64,000 nt of DNA, from assembly GCA_963842815.1 (NCBI GenBank), contig CAWJHU010000001.1, positions 179,020-243,019 on the forward strand. Direction: 5' to 3'. Of the stretch, positions 19,133 through 29,442 are shown one piece after another. Numbering within the stretch: the stretch's first letter is position 1; each line of letters begins with the position of its first letter. Origin of the DNA: Candidatus Nomurabacteria bacterium (GTDB lineage Bacteria > Patescibacteriota > Minisyncoccia > Phycocordibacterales > UBA9973). The translations under genes and the position numbers were made by a program. The notes beneath the pieces were generated by a model, which saw nothing but the letters and a program-made list of their open reading frames with translations, was not told the origin of the DNA and made no database searches.

Positions 19133-21246
19133 ATGAAGAAAAAAGAGTATTCAGTCGAGATTGGCGGCAAAACATTGACCGCTGTTTTCTCCGATTTAGC
19201 AGAGCAAGCGCATGGTTCGGTAATTTTAAAATATGGCGAGACGATTGTGCTCGCTACTGCCTGTATGTCTAAGGACAAGCAAGAAGGGCTCGGATTTTTC
19301 AATTTAACGGTGGATTATATGGAAAAGTTTTACGCGGCCGGGAAAATTTTAGGATCTCGATTTATGCATAGGGAAGGCAAACCGTCGGAAGACGCGATAC
19401 TGGCTTGCCGGGTCATAGACAGGACTCTGCGTCCGCTTTTTGACCAGTCTATTCGTCATGCGGTGCAAGTGATTACCACAGTTATCTCTTTAGATGTGGA
19501 TGATCCTACAATATTGGCCATTAATGCTGCTTCTCTAGCCTTGGCTGTGTCCGATATTCCTTGGGCAGGACCGATAGGGGCTGTGCGCATTGGGAAATAT
19601 AACGATGAAAATCTAAAAATAAATCCTGCACAGGCTTTAAGGCAAGATGACACAAAGTATAAATTTGACCTGACTATCTGCGGGAAGGGCGGGAATATAA
19701 ATATGATTGAGGCATCAGCTCATCAAATAAAGGAAGAAGAATTGGAAGAAGCATTCAAAGTAGCAAGTGAAGAAATAACTAAATTGGAGAATTTTCAGAA
19801 GAAAATAGTGGCTGAAATAGGTATTCCGAAAAGAGTGATAGAAAAAGAGAAAATTGGAGACGAATCAGTAAAATTATTCAAAGAAAATATTTTGCCCAAG
19901 ATGGAAGGCGCTTTGTTTGCCGGAGTGGGAAAAAAGAAAATAGATGAATTGCATAATGTCTGGAACAAAATGGTGGCAGAGAAATATTCGGATAGAAAAG
20001 ATTTTGCTTTGGAAGACAATCTTTTTGATGATACAGAAAATGATATGTTGCATGAAAAAGCTGTAAATGAAAATAAACGTGCGGACGGACGAGCCATGGA
20101 TGAACTTCGTGATTTGTATGTTCAAGCCGGAGGAATTTCTTCTATCTTGCATGGTTCAGCGGAATTTTTTATCGCGGAGGAACGCATGTGCTTTCCGTGC
20201 TTACTCTCGCCGGTCCTGAAGAAAAACTTTTGGTTGATGGCATGGAAAATAAAGAAGAAAAAAGATTTATGCATCATTATAATTTTCCGCCTTATTCTTC
20301 CGGAGAAGTGGGCAGAATCGGTACGACTAATCGCCGGGAAATAGGACACGGGGCTCTTGCTGAAAAAGCGCTGACCATGGTCTTGCCAAGTGTGGAAAAA
20401 TTTCCTTACACCATGCGCCTAGTTTCCGAATCAATGGCTTCCAACGGTTCCACTTCCCAGGCTTCCATCTGCGCCTCCTCGGTTGCCCTGATGGACGGAG
20501 GAGTGCCCATTAAAGCGCCGGTGGCCGGTATTGCCATGGGATTGATGTATGAGAATGATAATAAATATAAAATTTTGACCGACATCCAAGGTCCGGAAGA
20601 CCATCATGGCGATATGGATTTCAAAGTTGCCGGCACCAGGGAAGGTGTCACAGCTATCCAGTTGGATGTAAAGGTGGAAGGAGTGCCGATAAAAATATTG
20701 GGTGAGGCCATGAAACAGTCCCAGAAAGCGCGACTCCAAATTTTAGACACGATTGAAAAAGAAATTCCTGCGCCGAGAAAAGAAATTTCTCCAAATGCGC
20801 CGAAAATTTTAGTTATAAAAATCAAACCGGATCAAATCGGCATGGTTATAGGTAGCGGAGGAAAAGTCATTAAAGAAATAAAAGAAAAAACCGGAGCCGA
20901 AATAACCATTGAAGATGATGGAACAGTGTATTTAACCGGCAAAGACGACAAAGCCCAAAAGGCCAAAGCTGTCATAGAAGAAATGACCCACGAATTCAAG
21001 GTGGGAGAAATTTTGAAAGGCGAAGTGGTAAAATTAGCGGATTTTGGAGTCTTTGTCCGACTGAATCCTTTTACCGACGGAATGGTGCACATCTCCGAGA
21101 TGGCTCCGTTTCGCGTAGAACGAGTTAGCGATATAATAAGAGAAGGAACGATCGTGCCGGTGAAGGTTATAAAAATTGATGAAGAAAGAGGGAAAATTAG
21201 CTTGTCCATCAAGGAAGCAGATAAAAATTTCTTTAGAAAACCATAA
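19133..21246 (+). CDS. pnp: Polyribonucleotide nucleotidyltransferase (frameshift near 20160)
   Basis: IDRTLRP, RADGR, RREIGHG, SNGSTS, EDHHGDMDFKVAG, KH and S1 domains. Confidence 0.95.
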
Positions 21247-21255
21247 AAATTTTCA

Positions 21256-22125
21256 ATGGATGAAAATAAATTAAAAAGTAAAAATGTGGAAACCTATGCG
21301 GAAGATATGGCCAAGGCCATTGGGGGCAATAAAGAAGGATTGATAAAAAAAATAATCCACGAAGAAGAAGAACACGAAGCCCAAAAGAAAAATTTATCTC
21401 CTAAATCTCAAAAAAATAGAATATTTATGCTCATCGGCATTATTCTCATAATTTTTGCTTTGGCTATTTTAATTTTTTTGGCATTTTTTAATAAAAAAAT
21501 TAACACTGTTTCCATTGCGCCCCAAATGGCTTCCCTTATTTTTACCGATCAGACCGATTTCAAAGCAATTGATGGATTTAACGAAAATAAAATAACGGAA
21601 ACCATTTTAAACCAAGTTAATAACACTAAAATAAAAATTGGCGGAATTGACGGAATTTATCTGACTGAAAATAATAAAGTTGTAGGGTTTAAAGAATTCA
21701 ACTCGCTCATAAAAAGCAGTCTGACTCCCGACCAGGTTAACTTAATTGGTGATAATTTTTTGCTTGGCGATTTTTACAGCGGATTGAAGCAAACTTCGCC
21801 CACAGCCGGGGATTTATTTATGCTTCTCAAAGTAAATTCTTTTTCCAGTGTATTTCCGATGATGCAAACTTGGGAAAATAAAATGCTTTATGATTTAGGC
21901 GGATTTTTCGGAGTAAATATAACTCCTGACACAAATTATTTATTCACAAAAAGTTTTGAGGACGGCATCGTGGCCAACAAAAACGCGCGAATGCTCAAAG
22001 ATAACAGCGGAAATATCGTATTGATGTATGTATTTGCCGATGATAATTCTATAATCATTTCCAATTCCACGAATGCGGTGAATGAAGTAATTTTGCGATT
22101 GAATTCCAGCAAGATAAAAAAGTAA
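21256..22125 (+). CDS. Single-pass membrane hypothetical protein
   Basis: 289 aa, one TM helix. Confidence 0.75.
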   Translation: MDENKLKSKNVETYAEDMAKAIGGNKEGLIKKIIHEEEEHEAQKKNLSPKSQKNRIFMLIGIILIIFALAILIFLAFFNKKINTVSIAPQMASLIFTDQTDFKAIDGFNENKITETILNQVNNTKIKIGGIDGIYLTENNKVVGFKEFNSLIKSSLTPDQVNLIGDNFLLGDFYSGLKQTSPTAGDLFMLLKVNSFSSVFPMMQTWENKMLYDLGGFFGVNITPDTNYLFTKSFEDGIVANKNARMLKDNSGNIVLMYVFADDNSIIISNSTNAVNEVILRLNSSKIKK

Positions 22126-22127
22126 GC

Positions 22128-22234
22128 AGGCAGAAAACACAAAATTTTAGAGCCCGAGTATTTTTCTGCTGAAAAATCTCTCAAGACTCGCGCCGTCGCG
22201 CTCCGTAGTCTCTAAAATCTTGTGTTTCCTGCCT
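22128..22234 (-). repeat. Hairpin element family B (diverged, reverse orientation)
   Basis: 25-bp IR; 22187-22203 is the reverse complement of GAGCGCGACGGCGCGAG. Confidence 0.85.
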
Positions 22235-22285
22235 TTTTAAATATAGAATATTTGCTTTTTTTAATGAAAATGCTAGGCTTTAGGG

Positions 22286-22642
22286 ATGTTAGATAAGAAA
22301 AAAATAAAAGAAAAATTGGAAAGTGAAAGAGATGTTCTTTTGGGACAGCTTCGCGATATCGCAAAATTAAATCCGGAAACGAATGAATGGGAGGCGACCC
22401 CGGAAGAATTGAATTCCAGAGAATCGGACCAAAATGATATGGCGGACAGATTTGAGGATTTTGAGGAAAGAAGCATTATGATTAAAGCTTTGGAACCAAG
22501 GCTGAATAATATTTTGAGCGCGCTGAAGGGATTGAATAGGGAATCTTTCGGCAAATGTGAAGTGTGCAAAAAAGAAATTGAGATGGACAGGTTGGAAGCA
22601 AATCCGGCAGCTAAAACCTGCAAGAAGCATTTAAATAGTTAA
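22286..22642 (+). CDS. TraR/DksA-type zinc-finger protein
   Basis: DQNDMAD coiled-coil tip, GKCEVC...RLEANPAAKTCKKH. Confidence 0.85.
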   Translation: MLDKKKIKEKLESERDVLLGQLRDIAKLNPETNEWEATPEELNSRESDQNDMADRFEDFEERSIMIKALEPRLNNILSALKGLNRESFGKCEVCKKEIEMDRLEANPAAKTCKKHLNS

Positions 22643-22656
22643 AAAATAAAAAATTA

Positions 22657-24231
22657 ATGTCTTTCGCAAGAGTTTATTCGGCACAAGTAAACCTCCTTTC
22701 CGGACAAATCGTAACGATTGAGGTGGATTTATCGCGCGGATTGCACACTTTTAATGTGGTTGGCCTGCCGGATAATGCCGTAAATGAATCCAAAGACAGA
22801 GTCAGTTCGGCTATCAAAAATTCCGGTTTCAAATCTCCCAAAGCCAAAAATCAAAAAATAATCGTTTCTCTTTCTCCGGCGGACCTCAAAAAAGAAGGGC
22901 CGTTTTTTGATTTGGCCATCGCTCTCGCTTATATGTTGGCCTCGGAGGATTTGAAATTTAATCCGGAGAAAAAGATTTTTCTGGGCGAACTCGGGTTGGA
23001 TGGAACGTTGCGCCGGATTCGGGGCGCCTTGCCTTTGGTGCAGGAAGCAAAACGGGCCGGTTATGAAGAAATTTATTTGCCGAAGGAAAATGCCGTTGAA
23101 GCGGCGCTGGTAGAGGGTATAAAAATTTTTGGCGCGGATAGTTTAAAAGAAGTAGTAGAGCATATTGATGAAACGAAACCTGTTCGTGGCACAGAAGAAA
23201 AAAACAAGGAAGATAAAAGAATAAAAGCTCAACCCAAAACGCAGATAATTTACAAAAGAGAAAAAATGAATTCGGATTTTTCCGATATCAAAGGGCAAGA
23301 AGGCGCGAAACGCGGACTTGAAATAGCGGCTGCCGGCGGGCACAATATCGCCATGTACGGTCCGCCGGGCACCGGCAAGACGATGTTGGCCCGGGCTTTC
23401 TCCCAGCTCTTGCCGGATTTGTCCCTGGAAGAAGTTTTGGAAATTACCAGCATTCATTCCGTGGCCGGAGTGTCCCACGGCGAACTCGTGTCTCTTCCTC
23501 CATTTCGTTCTCCGCATCATACTTCTTCCTATGTTTCCATTATCGGCGGAGGAACTTATCCGAAACCCGGGGAAGTGACCTTGGCCCATAAAGGCGTGCT
23601 GTTTCTGGATGAATTTCCCGAATTTGAAAAAAGAGTAATAGAATCTTTGCGTCAACCGCTGGAAGACAATATGGTTTCCATTTCCCGCGCCAAAGGCACT
23701 GCCTCTTTTCCTTCCAATTTTATCTTGGTAGCAGCCATGAATCCTTGTCCCTGCGGAAATGCCGGAAGCAAACAGAAAGCTTGCATCTGTCGGCCGTCGG
23801 ATTTGGACAGATATAAAAGAAAATTATCCGGACCGATAATGGACCGCATAGATTTGTGGGTTTCCGTCGGTAATGTGGATTATAAAAAGCTGGGAGAAGA
23901 CGGAGATAAAAATAAAAGCGAGCAAAGCGATAAAATAAAATATAGAGTAACCAATGCGCGCAAGATTCAAGAAAAAAGATTTGAAAAATTTGGTAGAAAT
24001 ATAAAAACAAACAGTGAAATGAATGTGAAAGATTTGTCCAATATGATAAAACTGAAAGAAGACGTCAGAAATTTGTTGGATGACAGCGCCGAACGTCTGG
24101 CTCTCTCCGCCCGGGCCTATCATCGAGTCATCAAAATCGCCCGCACCATCGCCGACCTTGAAAATTCGGAAGAAATTAATTCAAATCATATTCTGGAGGC
24201 AATACAATATAGACCAAAGGTGAATTCTTAG
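22657..24231 (+). CDS. comM: ComM/YifB Mg-chelatase-like AAA ATPase
   Basis: VGLPD, GPPGTGKT, FRSPHH, LFLDEFPEF, NPCPCG, SARAYHR. Confidence 0.93.
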   Translation: MSFARVYSAQVNLLSGQIVTIEVDLSRGLHTFNVVGLPDNAVNESKDRVSSAIKNSGFKSPKAKNQKIIVSLSPADLKKEGPFFDLAIALAYMLASEDLKFNPEKKIFLGELGLDGTLRRIRGALPLVQEAKRAGYEEIYLPKENAVEAALVEGIKIFGADSLKEVVEHIDETKPVRGTEEKNKEDKRIKAQPKTQIIYKREKMNSDFSDIKGQEGAKRGLEIAAAGGHNIAMYGPPGTGKTMLARAFSQLLPDLSLEEVLEITSIHSVAGVSHGELVSLPPFRSPHHTSSYVSIIGGGTYPKPGEVTLAHKGVLFLDEFPEFEKRVIESLRQPLEDNMVSISRAKGTASFPSNFILVAAMNPCPCGNAGSKQKACICRPSDLDRYKRKLSGPIMDRIDLWVSVGNVDYKKLGEDGDKNKSEQSDKIKYRVTNARKIQEKRFEKFGRNIKTNSEMNVKDLSNMIKLKEDVRNLLDDSAERLALSARAYHRVIKIARTIADLENSEEINSNHILEAIQYRPKVNS

Positions 24232-24249
24232 TTATCCACAGGTGGGGTG

Positions 24250-24278
24250 TTGACAGTGAACGCTCGTTCACTTATACT
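24250..24278 (+). promoter_or_regulatory. Sigma70 promoter with LexA-type box (GAAC-N4-GTTC) in the spacer
   Basis: TTGACA-gtgaacgctcgttcact-TATACT. Confidence 0.8.
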
Positions 24279-24328
24279 ATTTACATAGGTTAGTCGGGAC
24301 CTTTTATAAAAATAAATAGTATAAATAT

Positions 24329-24523
24329 ATGTCACAAAAACAATATCTTAAAACCATAGAAAGAGAAATTAATAGAATCAATAAAATTATTGATTTGAAA
24401 ATAGTCCGCGGGGAAGAGTATTTTAGAGAAGCCAGAGACCACAAACTTCTCCTGAAAAAATTGCGTTTTCAAAACAGGCAGAACTTTTTTAGGCGCTTGT
24501 TTCCCAAATTTCTTTCACTCTAA
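24329..24523 (+). CDS. Small basic hypothetical protein upstream of lexA
   Basis: 64-aa ORF between the promoter and the lexA-like gene. Confidence 0.6.
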   Translation: MSQKQYLKTIEREINRINKIIDLKIVRGEEYFREARDHKLLLKKLRFQNRQNFFRRLFPKFLSL

Positions 24524-24528
24524 ATTAA

Positions 24529-25095
24529 ATGACAAACCAGTATCAAGCAAAATTAGAAACTTTCTACGAAAAAAATAAAAGGATGCCCACCTATTCCGAA
24601 ATGATGGAACTTTTCAGTTTCAAATCCAAAAATGCCATTTTTAAAATCGTAGAAAAACTCGTGGAAGCGGGGATTGTCGCCAAGGACCACTTGGGCAGGC
24701 TCGTACCGACTAAAACTTTTAGCGAAATACCAAAGTTGGGTTTTGTCACTGCCGGACTTCCCGCCAGTGTGGAAGAAGAATTGACTGATACGGTGAACTT
24801 GGATGACTTTTTAATAAAAAATAAACCGTTGACCTATATGTTGGAAGTAGACGGCGATTCAATGATAGACGCGCATATAGAAAAAGGGGATATGGTGCTG
24901 GTGGAGAAGACCAGCCAGGCTAAAGACGGACAAATCGTCATTGCCGAAGTGGATGGGGAATTCACCATGAAATATTTTCACAAAGATGGCCCTAAGGCCT
25001 GGCTGGAACCGGCCAATAAAAATTATAAACCAATCTACCCGACCCAGAGCTTGAATGTGATAGCAGTATTAAAAGCAGTGGTTAGGAAATACTAG
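24529..25095 (+). CDS. lexA: LexA-family repressor (S24 peptidase)
   Basis: MPTYSEM HTH, AG cleavage site (TAGLP), GDSM, TMK. Confidence 0.85.
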   Translation: MTNQYQAKLETFYEKNKRMPTYSEMMELFSFKSKNAIFKIVEKLVEAGIVAKDHLGRLVPTKTFSEIPKLGFVTAGLPASVEEELTDTVNLDDFLIKNKPLTYMLEVDGDSMIDAHIEKGDMVLVEKTSQAKDGQIVIAEVDGEFTMKYFHKDGPKAWLEPANKNYKPIYPTQSLNVIAVLKAVVRKY

Positions 25096-25119
25096 ACTAA
25101 TTTGTGTTAAAATTAGTTA

Positions 25120-26262
25120 ATGGCAGATAAAGATACATTGGGTATTAATTTCAATAAAATATTGCGGATGATGAGTTTGAATAATTTCGCAATGGCATTT
25201 GTGTCTGTTTTCATACCGATTTTTTTATTAAAGCTTGGGTATTCTTTTCAAATGGTTATGTTGTGGATGATCATACAACATATTTCACTCCTAGCCACCG
25301 CTTTTATTACAGTATATGTCTCCAATCACATTGGATTGGTTCATTTATTTCATGTCAGATTTATTCTTCTTTTAACGTATTTTTCTCTTTTATTGTTTTG
25401 GTTGGAAGGTTCCCCAATACTTTTTTATTTTATTCCGATATTAATCGGCGCCGAGGGGGCATTTTATTGGATGCCACTCAATATACTTTTTGTTCGAAAC
25501 ACAGAAGAAGGTAATATGGGCAGTTCTATAAGTAAATTTTTTACTATTCCTAAAATATTAGCCATATTGAGTCCCGTAATTGGAGCACTTATCATAGTAC
25601 ATTTTGGTTTTACCGCATTATTTTCTTTTGCGATGATTTTGTTGTTTTTGGTATTTATACCAATACTGTCACTGCGATCTGAAAAAACTAGATTCATATT
25701 TTCATGGGAAAGAGCTGTGGAAATATTTAATAATAATAAAAAGTATTTTATTCCTGAAGTTATAGATAATATAGCGGAAGATGCGATGGTTATTTGGTCG
25801 ATTTTCATTTATTTTAAATTGGCAAGCACCTTGCAAGTAGGGATTATAGGGGGGATTGTGTCATGTGCATCATTATTTTTTACCCTAACATTAGGGAAAT
25901 TGACTGACAACTGGAATAAACATAAGCTTTTGAAAATTGGGGCAATCCTTCTAAGTCTGATGTGGGTAGTGAACTTTATTATAGGAGGATCTGTCCCAAA
26001 TAAGTGGTTGTTTTATATCGGAACAATTTTGGTAACATTATCCTTAAATGTGTTTCTTGTCCCGTATAGTTCGCTTTTGTTCAATAAAGCTAGAAAAGAC
26101 GATGCTCAATTTATAATTTTGCGTGAGATTCCAGTAGTTCTTGGAAGAATCATTTTATATGGAACGGCGATACTTTTATATAATAAACTACCAATCCTAT
26201 TCTTATTGATAGGAGTAATATTTATATATTTTTGGTTTTTGGACAGTAAAAAATTAGTATAA
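25120..26262 (+). CDS. MFS transporter
   Basis: About 12 TM segments, GKLTD motif. Confidence 0.8.
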   Translation: MADKDTLGINFNKILRMMSLNNFAMAFVSVFIPIFLLKLGYSFQMVMLWMIIQHISLLATAFITVYVSNHIGLVHLFHVRFILLLTYFSLLLFWLEGSPILFYFIPILIGAEGAFYWMPLNILFVRNTEEGNMGSSISKFFTIPKILAILSPVIGALIIVHFGFTALFSFAMILLFLVFIPILSLRSEKTRFIFSWERAVEIFNNNKKYFIPEVIDNIAEDAMVIWSIFIYFKLASTLQVGIIGGIVSCASLFFTLTLGKLTDNWNKHKLLKIGAILLSLMWVVNFIIGGSVPNKWLFYIGTILVTLSLNVFLVPYSSLLFNKARKDDAQFIILREIPVVLGRIILYGTAILLYNKLPILFLLIGVIFIYFWFLDSKKLV

Positions 26263-26297
26263 ACTAAAAAATCCCCCAGAAGGGGATTTTTTAGTTT
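26261..26297. terminator. Bidirectional intrinsic terminator
   Basis: aaactaaaaaatcccc-cagaa-ggggattttttagttt between convergent genes. Confidence 0.8.
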
Positions 26298-26318
26298 CTT
26301 TAATCTCGAGATAAAAGA

Positions 26319-26591
26319 TTAGGCAACTGCATCCTTCAAGGCTTTTGCAGCTCGGAATTTTGGAACTTTCTTGGCAGCCACTTTGACTTGCTCTCCGGTC
26401 TTTGGGTTGCGAGCCATTCGGGCAGCGCGTCCTTTTACGGAAAAGATTCCGAAACCAGCGATCGATACCTCTCCGCCTTTCTTCATGGTGCTGATGATGT
26501 TTTCAAAAACTCCATCCACGATTTCCTCGGCTTGTACTTTTGTACCGCCAAGTTTACCGTGTACCCATTCAGCTAATGCTTGTTTATTCAT
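26319..26591 (-). CDS. hup: DNA-binding protein HU
   Basis: GFGIF, ARNPKTGE, PKFRA. Confidence 0.95.
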   Translation of the reverse strand: MNKQALAEWVHGKLGGTKVQAEEIVDGVFENIISTMKKGGEVSIAGFGIFSVKGRAARMARNPKTGEQVKVAAKKVPKFRAAKALKDAVA

Positions 26592-26711
26592 ATTTAATAA
26601 GGTTATTTTTATTAATCTTCGACCTTGCCCCGCCGAAGGCGGTGGCCGTTTGTTTAATAATTACTACCAATACATTATATATCAAGGGTTTTTTAAGGCA
26701 AGCCTTGTATT

Positions 26712-28241
26712 TTATCTAGCGTATTCAATGATTCTGGTCTCCCGAATCATCGTGACCTTGATTTCTCCTGGATATTTCAATTCTTGTTCTATTTTAACGG
26801 CAATATCGTGCGCCATTATCTTGGCTTCGGCATCAGAAACTTTTTCCGGAGTGACAAATATGCGGATTTCACGGCCGGCTTGCAAAGCGTAGGATTTTTC
26901 TACCCCAGGAAAAGCGTTTACCAGCGCTTCCAGCTCCTGCAATCTCTTCAAATAATTTTCCACTGAATCTCGGCGAGCTCCCGGACGTCCGCCGGAAATG
27001 GCATCGGCTGTCTGAACGATAACCGCTTCTATGGTTTCATAAGGATAATCTTCATGGTGCGATTTCATGGCGGTAATAATGCGTTCATCTGCTCCGAATT
27101 TTTGCAGAATTCGCATACCTATTTCAATATGTGTACCTTGCACTTCATGGTCCAACGCTTTTCCTATGTCGTGTACCAATGCGCCTGCCTTAGCTATGGC
27201 CACATCTGCTCCAAGCTCTTCAGCCATCATCCCGGCAATGTGCGCCATCTCAATGGAATGCTGAAGAACGTTTTGTCCGTAGCTTGTGCGGAAATATAAT
27301 CGTCCGATGATGGCAATAATACGCGGGTCAAAATTAAATATTCCGCATTCATACACCGCCTGCTCGCCTTTTTCTTTGATTATTTTGTTTATTTCTTCTT
27401 TGGCTTTTTCCACCAGCTCTTCAATCTTGGCCGGCTGAATGCGTCCGTCCAGAATCAAATTTTCAAGCGCCAAACGGGCCACCTGGCGTCTGATAGGGTC
27501 AAAGGAAGAAATGATAATGGAACCCGGAGTGTCGTCCACAATGAGTTCCACGCCCGAAGCTCGTTCAAAAGCCCTTATATTTCGGCCTTCTTTTCCGATA
27601 ATTTTGCCTTTAATTTCATTGTTTGGAATGTTTACAATGGTGGTCATCAATTCTGACGCTGTACTTGAAGCCAAACGCTGAATGGAAGTGGCCAAAATAT
27701 CTTTAGCCCTATTGTCCAATTTTTCTTCATTATTATTTTCAAGTTTTTGGATTCTGATTAAAAGGTCTTCTTCGTATTTTTTTTCAATATCTCGCATCAG
27801 TACTTCCTTGGCCTCTTCTTCGGTCAATTTTGAAACTTTTTCCAATTCAACCCTTTTTTCTGCCTCTATGCCGGACACTTTTTCCTGAATCTTTTTTATC
27901 TCTTCCACTTTGAGTTTTATGTTTTCAGCTTCTTTGTTTATTTCAACCTGCCGAACATCCAAAAACTCATCTTTTTTGATAAGCCTTTTTTCTGTTTCTT
28001 TAAATTCTTCCTCTTTTTTCTTTTCTTCTTCCTTTAATTCCGCCAGCCTTTTTTCTACCTTATTTTTCGCTTCGTCCGTAATCTTTTGCGCTTCTTCTTT
28101 GGCGCCGACCATCATTTGTTTGATGTCTATTTCTATGGATTTTCTTTTCCCCAGGGCGACAATGACTCGGAGATAATATCCGATGCCCGCGCCCAAAAGG
28201 AGTACTGCTACTCCGATTAGAATTATTATTAATGTGCTCAT
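26712..28241 (-). CDS. rny: Ribonuclease Y
   Basis: N-terminal TM, coiled coil, KGKIIGKEGRNIR KH domain, HDIGK HD domain, RPGAR. Confidence 0.95.
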   Translation of the reverse strand: MSTLIIILIGVAVLLLGAGIGYYLRVIVALGKRKSIEIDIKQMMVGAKEEAQKITDEAKNKVEKRLAELKEEEKKKEEEFKETEKRLIKKDEFLDVRQVEINKEAENIKLKVEEIKKIQEKVSGIEAEKRVELEKVSKLTEEEAKEVLMRDIEKKYEEDLLIRIQKLENNNEEKLDNRAKDILATSIQRLASSTASELMTTIVNIPNNEIKGKIIGKEGRNIRAFERASGVELIVDDTPGSIIISSFDPIRRQVARLALENLILDGRIQPAKIEELVEKAKEEINKIIKEKGEQAVYECGIFNFDPRIIAIIGRLYFRTSYGQNVLQHSIEMAHIAGMMAEELGADVAIAKAGALVHDIGKALDHEVQGTHIEIGMRILQKFGADERIITAMKSHHEDYPYETIEAVIVQTADAISGGRPGARRDSVENYLKRLQELEALVNAFPGVEKSYALQAGREIRIFVTPEKVSDAEAKIMAHDIAVKIEQELKYPGEIKVTMIRETRIIEYAR

Positions 28242-28249
28242 AAGCCTTT

Positions 28250-28400
28250 TCTCGGCCTATAAAAACAAACCACTATATTTGCATTAGATTTCTCTACTGG
28301 CAATTTTTGCAAAGATTTGAAAATTTCCCTTTAAAAACTTCATAAATATATGGAATATTCCTATAAACCGATCGAAAATAAATTTGTAAATTTCAACGAG
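28250..28400 (-). ncRNA. Rod-like structured RNA upstream of rny (6S RNA candidate)
   Basis: TAGACA-17-TATACT promoter; tcggtttatagga pairs with tttataggccga and tatattt with aaatata. Confidence 0.35.
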
Positions 28401-28539
28401 TGAAGTATAACAAATTGTACTTATTTTGTCTATGAGTTGCTTTTTTTCATGAAATGTGTAATAATACTGGAGAGTTTAAAATAAAATGTTCTTCTAACAA
28501 ACTAATTTTTTCACTTTTTATTTTTCGGAGGGTTGCCAC

Positions 28540-28761
28540 GTGGAAAAAATGAAAGAAAGAATTCAAGGACTGCTAAACGGAGGAAACTTTACAGGAGCAG
28601 GGAGTTTGTTGTCGAGGGAAGGAGGAATTCTACCTCCAAATGTTTTTAATGATTTCAACAGAAGAATTAAAAACAATTCTATATGCTCCGGAGCAAGAGG
28701 AGGAAATGCTACCGGCAGTAGAACAATTCCCAGCAAAAGAGCACAGCAGGGAAGAAGATAA
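28540..28761 (+). CDS. Small hypothetical protein
   Basis: 73 aa, GGAGG SD upstream, hairpin terminator downstream. Confidence 0.5.
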   Translation: MEKMKERIQGLLNGGNFTGAGSLLSREGGILPPNVFNDFNRRIKNNSICSGARGGNATGSRTIPSKRAQQGRR

Positions 28762-28825
28762 ATAATGTAAAATACAAAACCCCCACCAACTATTATTGGT
28801 GAGGGTTTTATTTTTTTATATTAGT

Positions 28826-29425
28826 TTAAGCTTTTGGCAGAGGGGCTTTTGATTTAGTGACTATTTCGTCAATAATGCCGTATTTTTTAGCTTCTTCTGC
28901 ATTCATAAAGAAATCTCTTTCCACGTCTTTTTCTATCTGAGCCAGAGGCTTGCCGGTATTTTTCGCCAAAATTTTATTTAAATTGTCTTTCGTTTTCAAA
29001 ATATGTTTAGCGGTGATGGCGATGTCCGTCGCTTGGCCTTCTACTCCGCCCAACGGCTGATGAATCATAATTTCCGCGTTTGGTAAAATAAATCTCTTTC
29101 CTTTTTTACCCGCGGACAAAATAATGGCTGCGCCGGAAGCGGCAACGCCTACGCAGAAAGTGGAAATGTCGGGGCGGACATGATTCATCGTGTCTACGAT
29201 GGCCAAGGTGGAAGTGACAGAACCGCCGGGAGAATTTATATAAAGAGAAATATCTTTTTTTGAATCTTCTGATTCTAAAAATAAAAGCTGGGCGATGACA
29301 ATGTTTGCCACGTTGTCGTCAATGGGTCCGGCCAGAAAAACAATTCTTTCCCGCAAAAGCCGGGAATAAATATCATAAGCTCGTTCGCCAAATTGTGATT
29401 TTTCAATAACGGTTGGAATTAACAT
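28826..29425 (-). CDS. clpP: ATP-dependent Clp protease proteolytic subunit
   Basis: [26 protein letters not shown]. Confidence 0.96.
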   Translation of the reverse strand: MLIPTVIEKSQFGERAYDIYSRLLRERIVFLAGPIDDNVANIVIAQLLFLESEDSKKDISLYINSPGGSVTSTLAIVDTMNHVRPDISTFCVGVAASGAAIILSAGKKGKRFILPNAEIMIHQPLGGVEGQATDIAITAKHILKTKDNLNKILAKNTGKPLAQIEKDVERDFFMNAEEAKKYGIIDEIVTKSKAPLPKA

Positions 29426-29442
29426 ATGGCTTTATTATAACA

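Noticed and set aside
4963-20200. Frameshifts in rsmA, pcrA, cca, pnp and the DxDGDG protein as pseudogenes or programmed frameshifts
   Set aside because: Those examined are single-base indels, mostly in short homopolymers, in otherwise intact essential genes. This is typical of uncorrected long-read error. Raw reads are needed to confirm.
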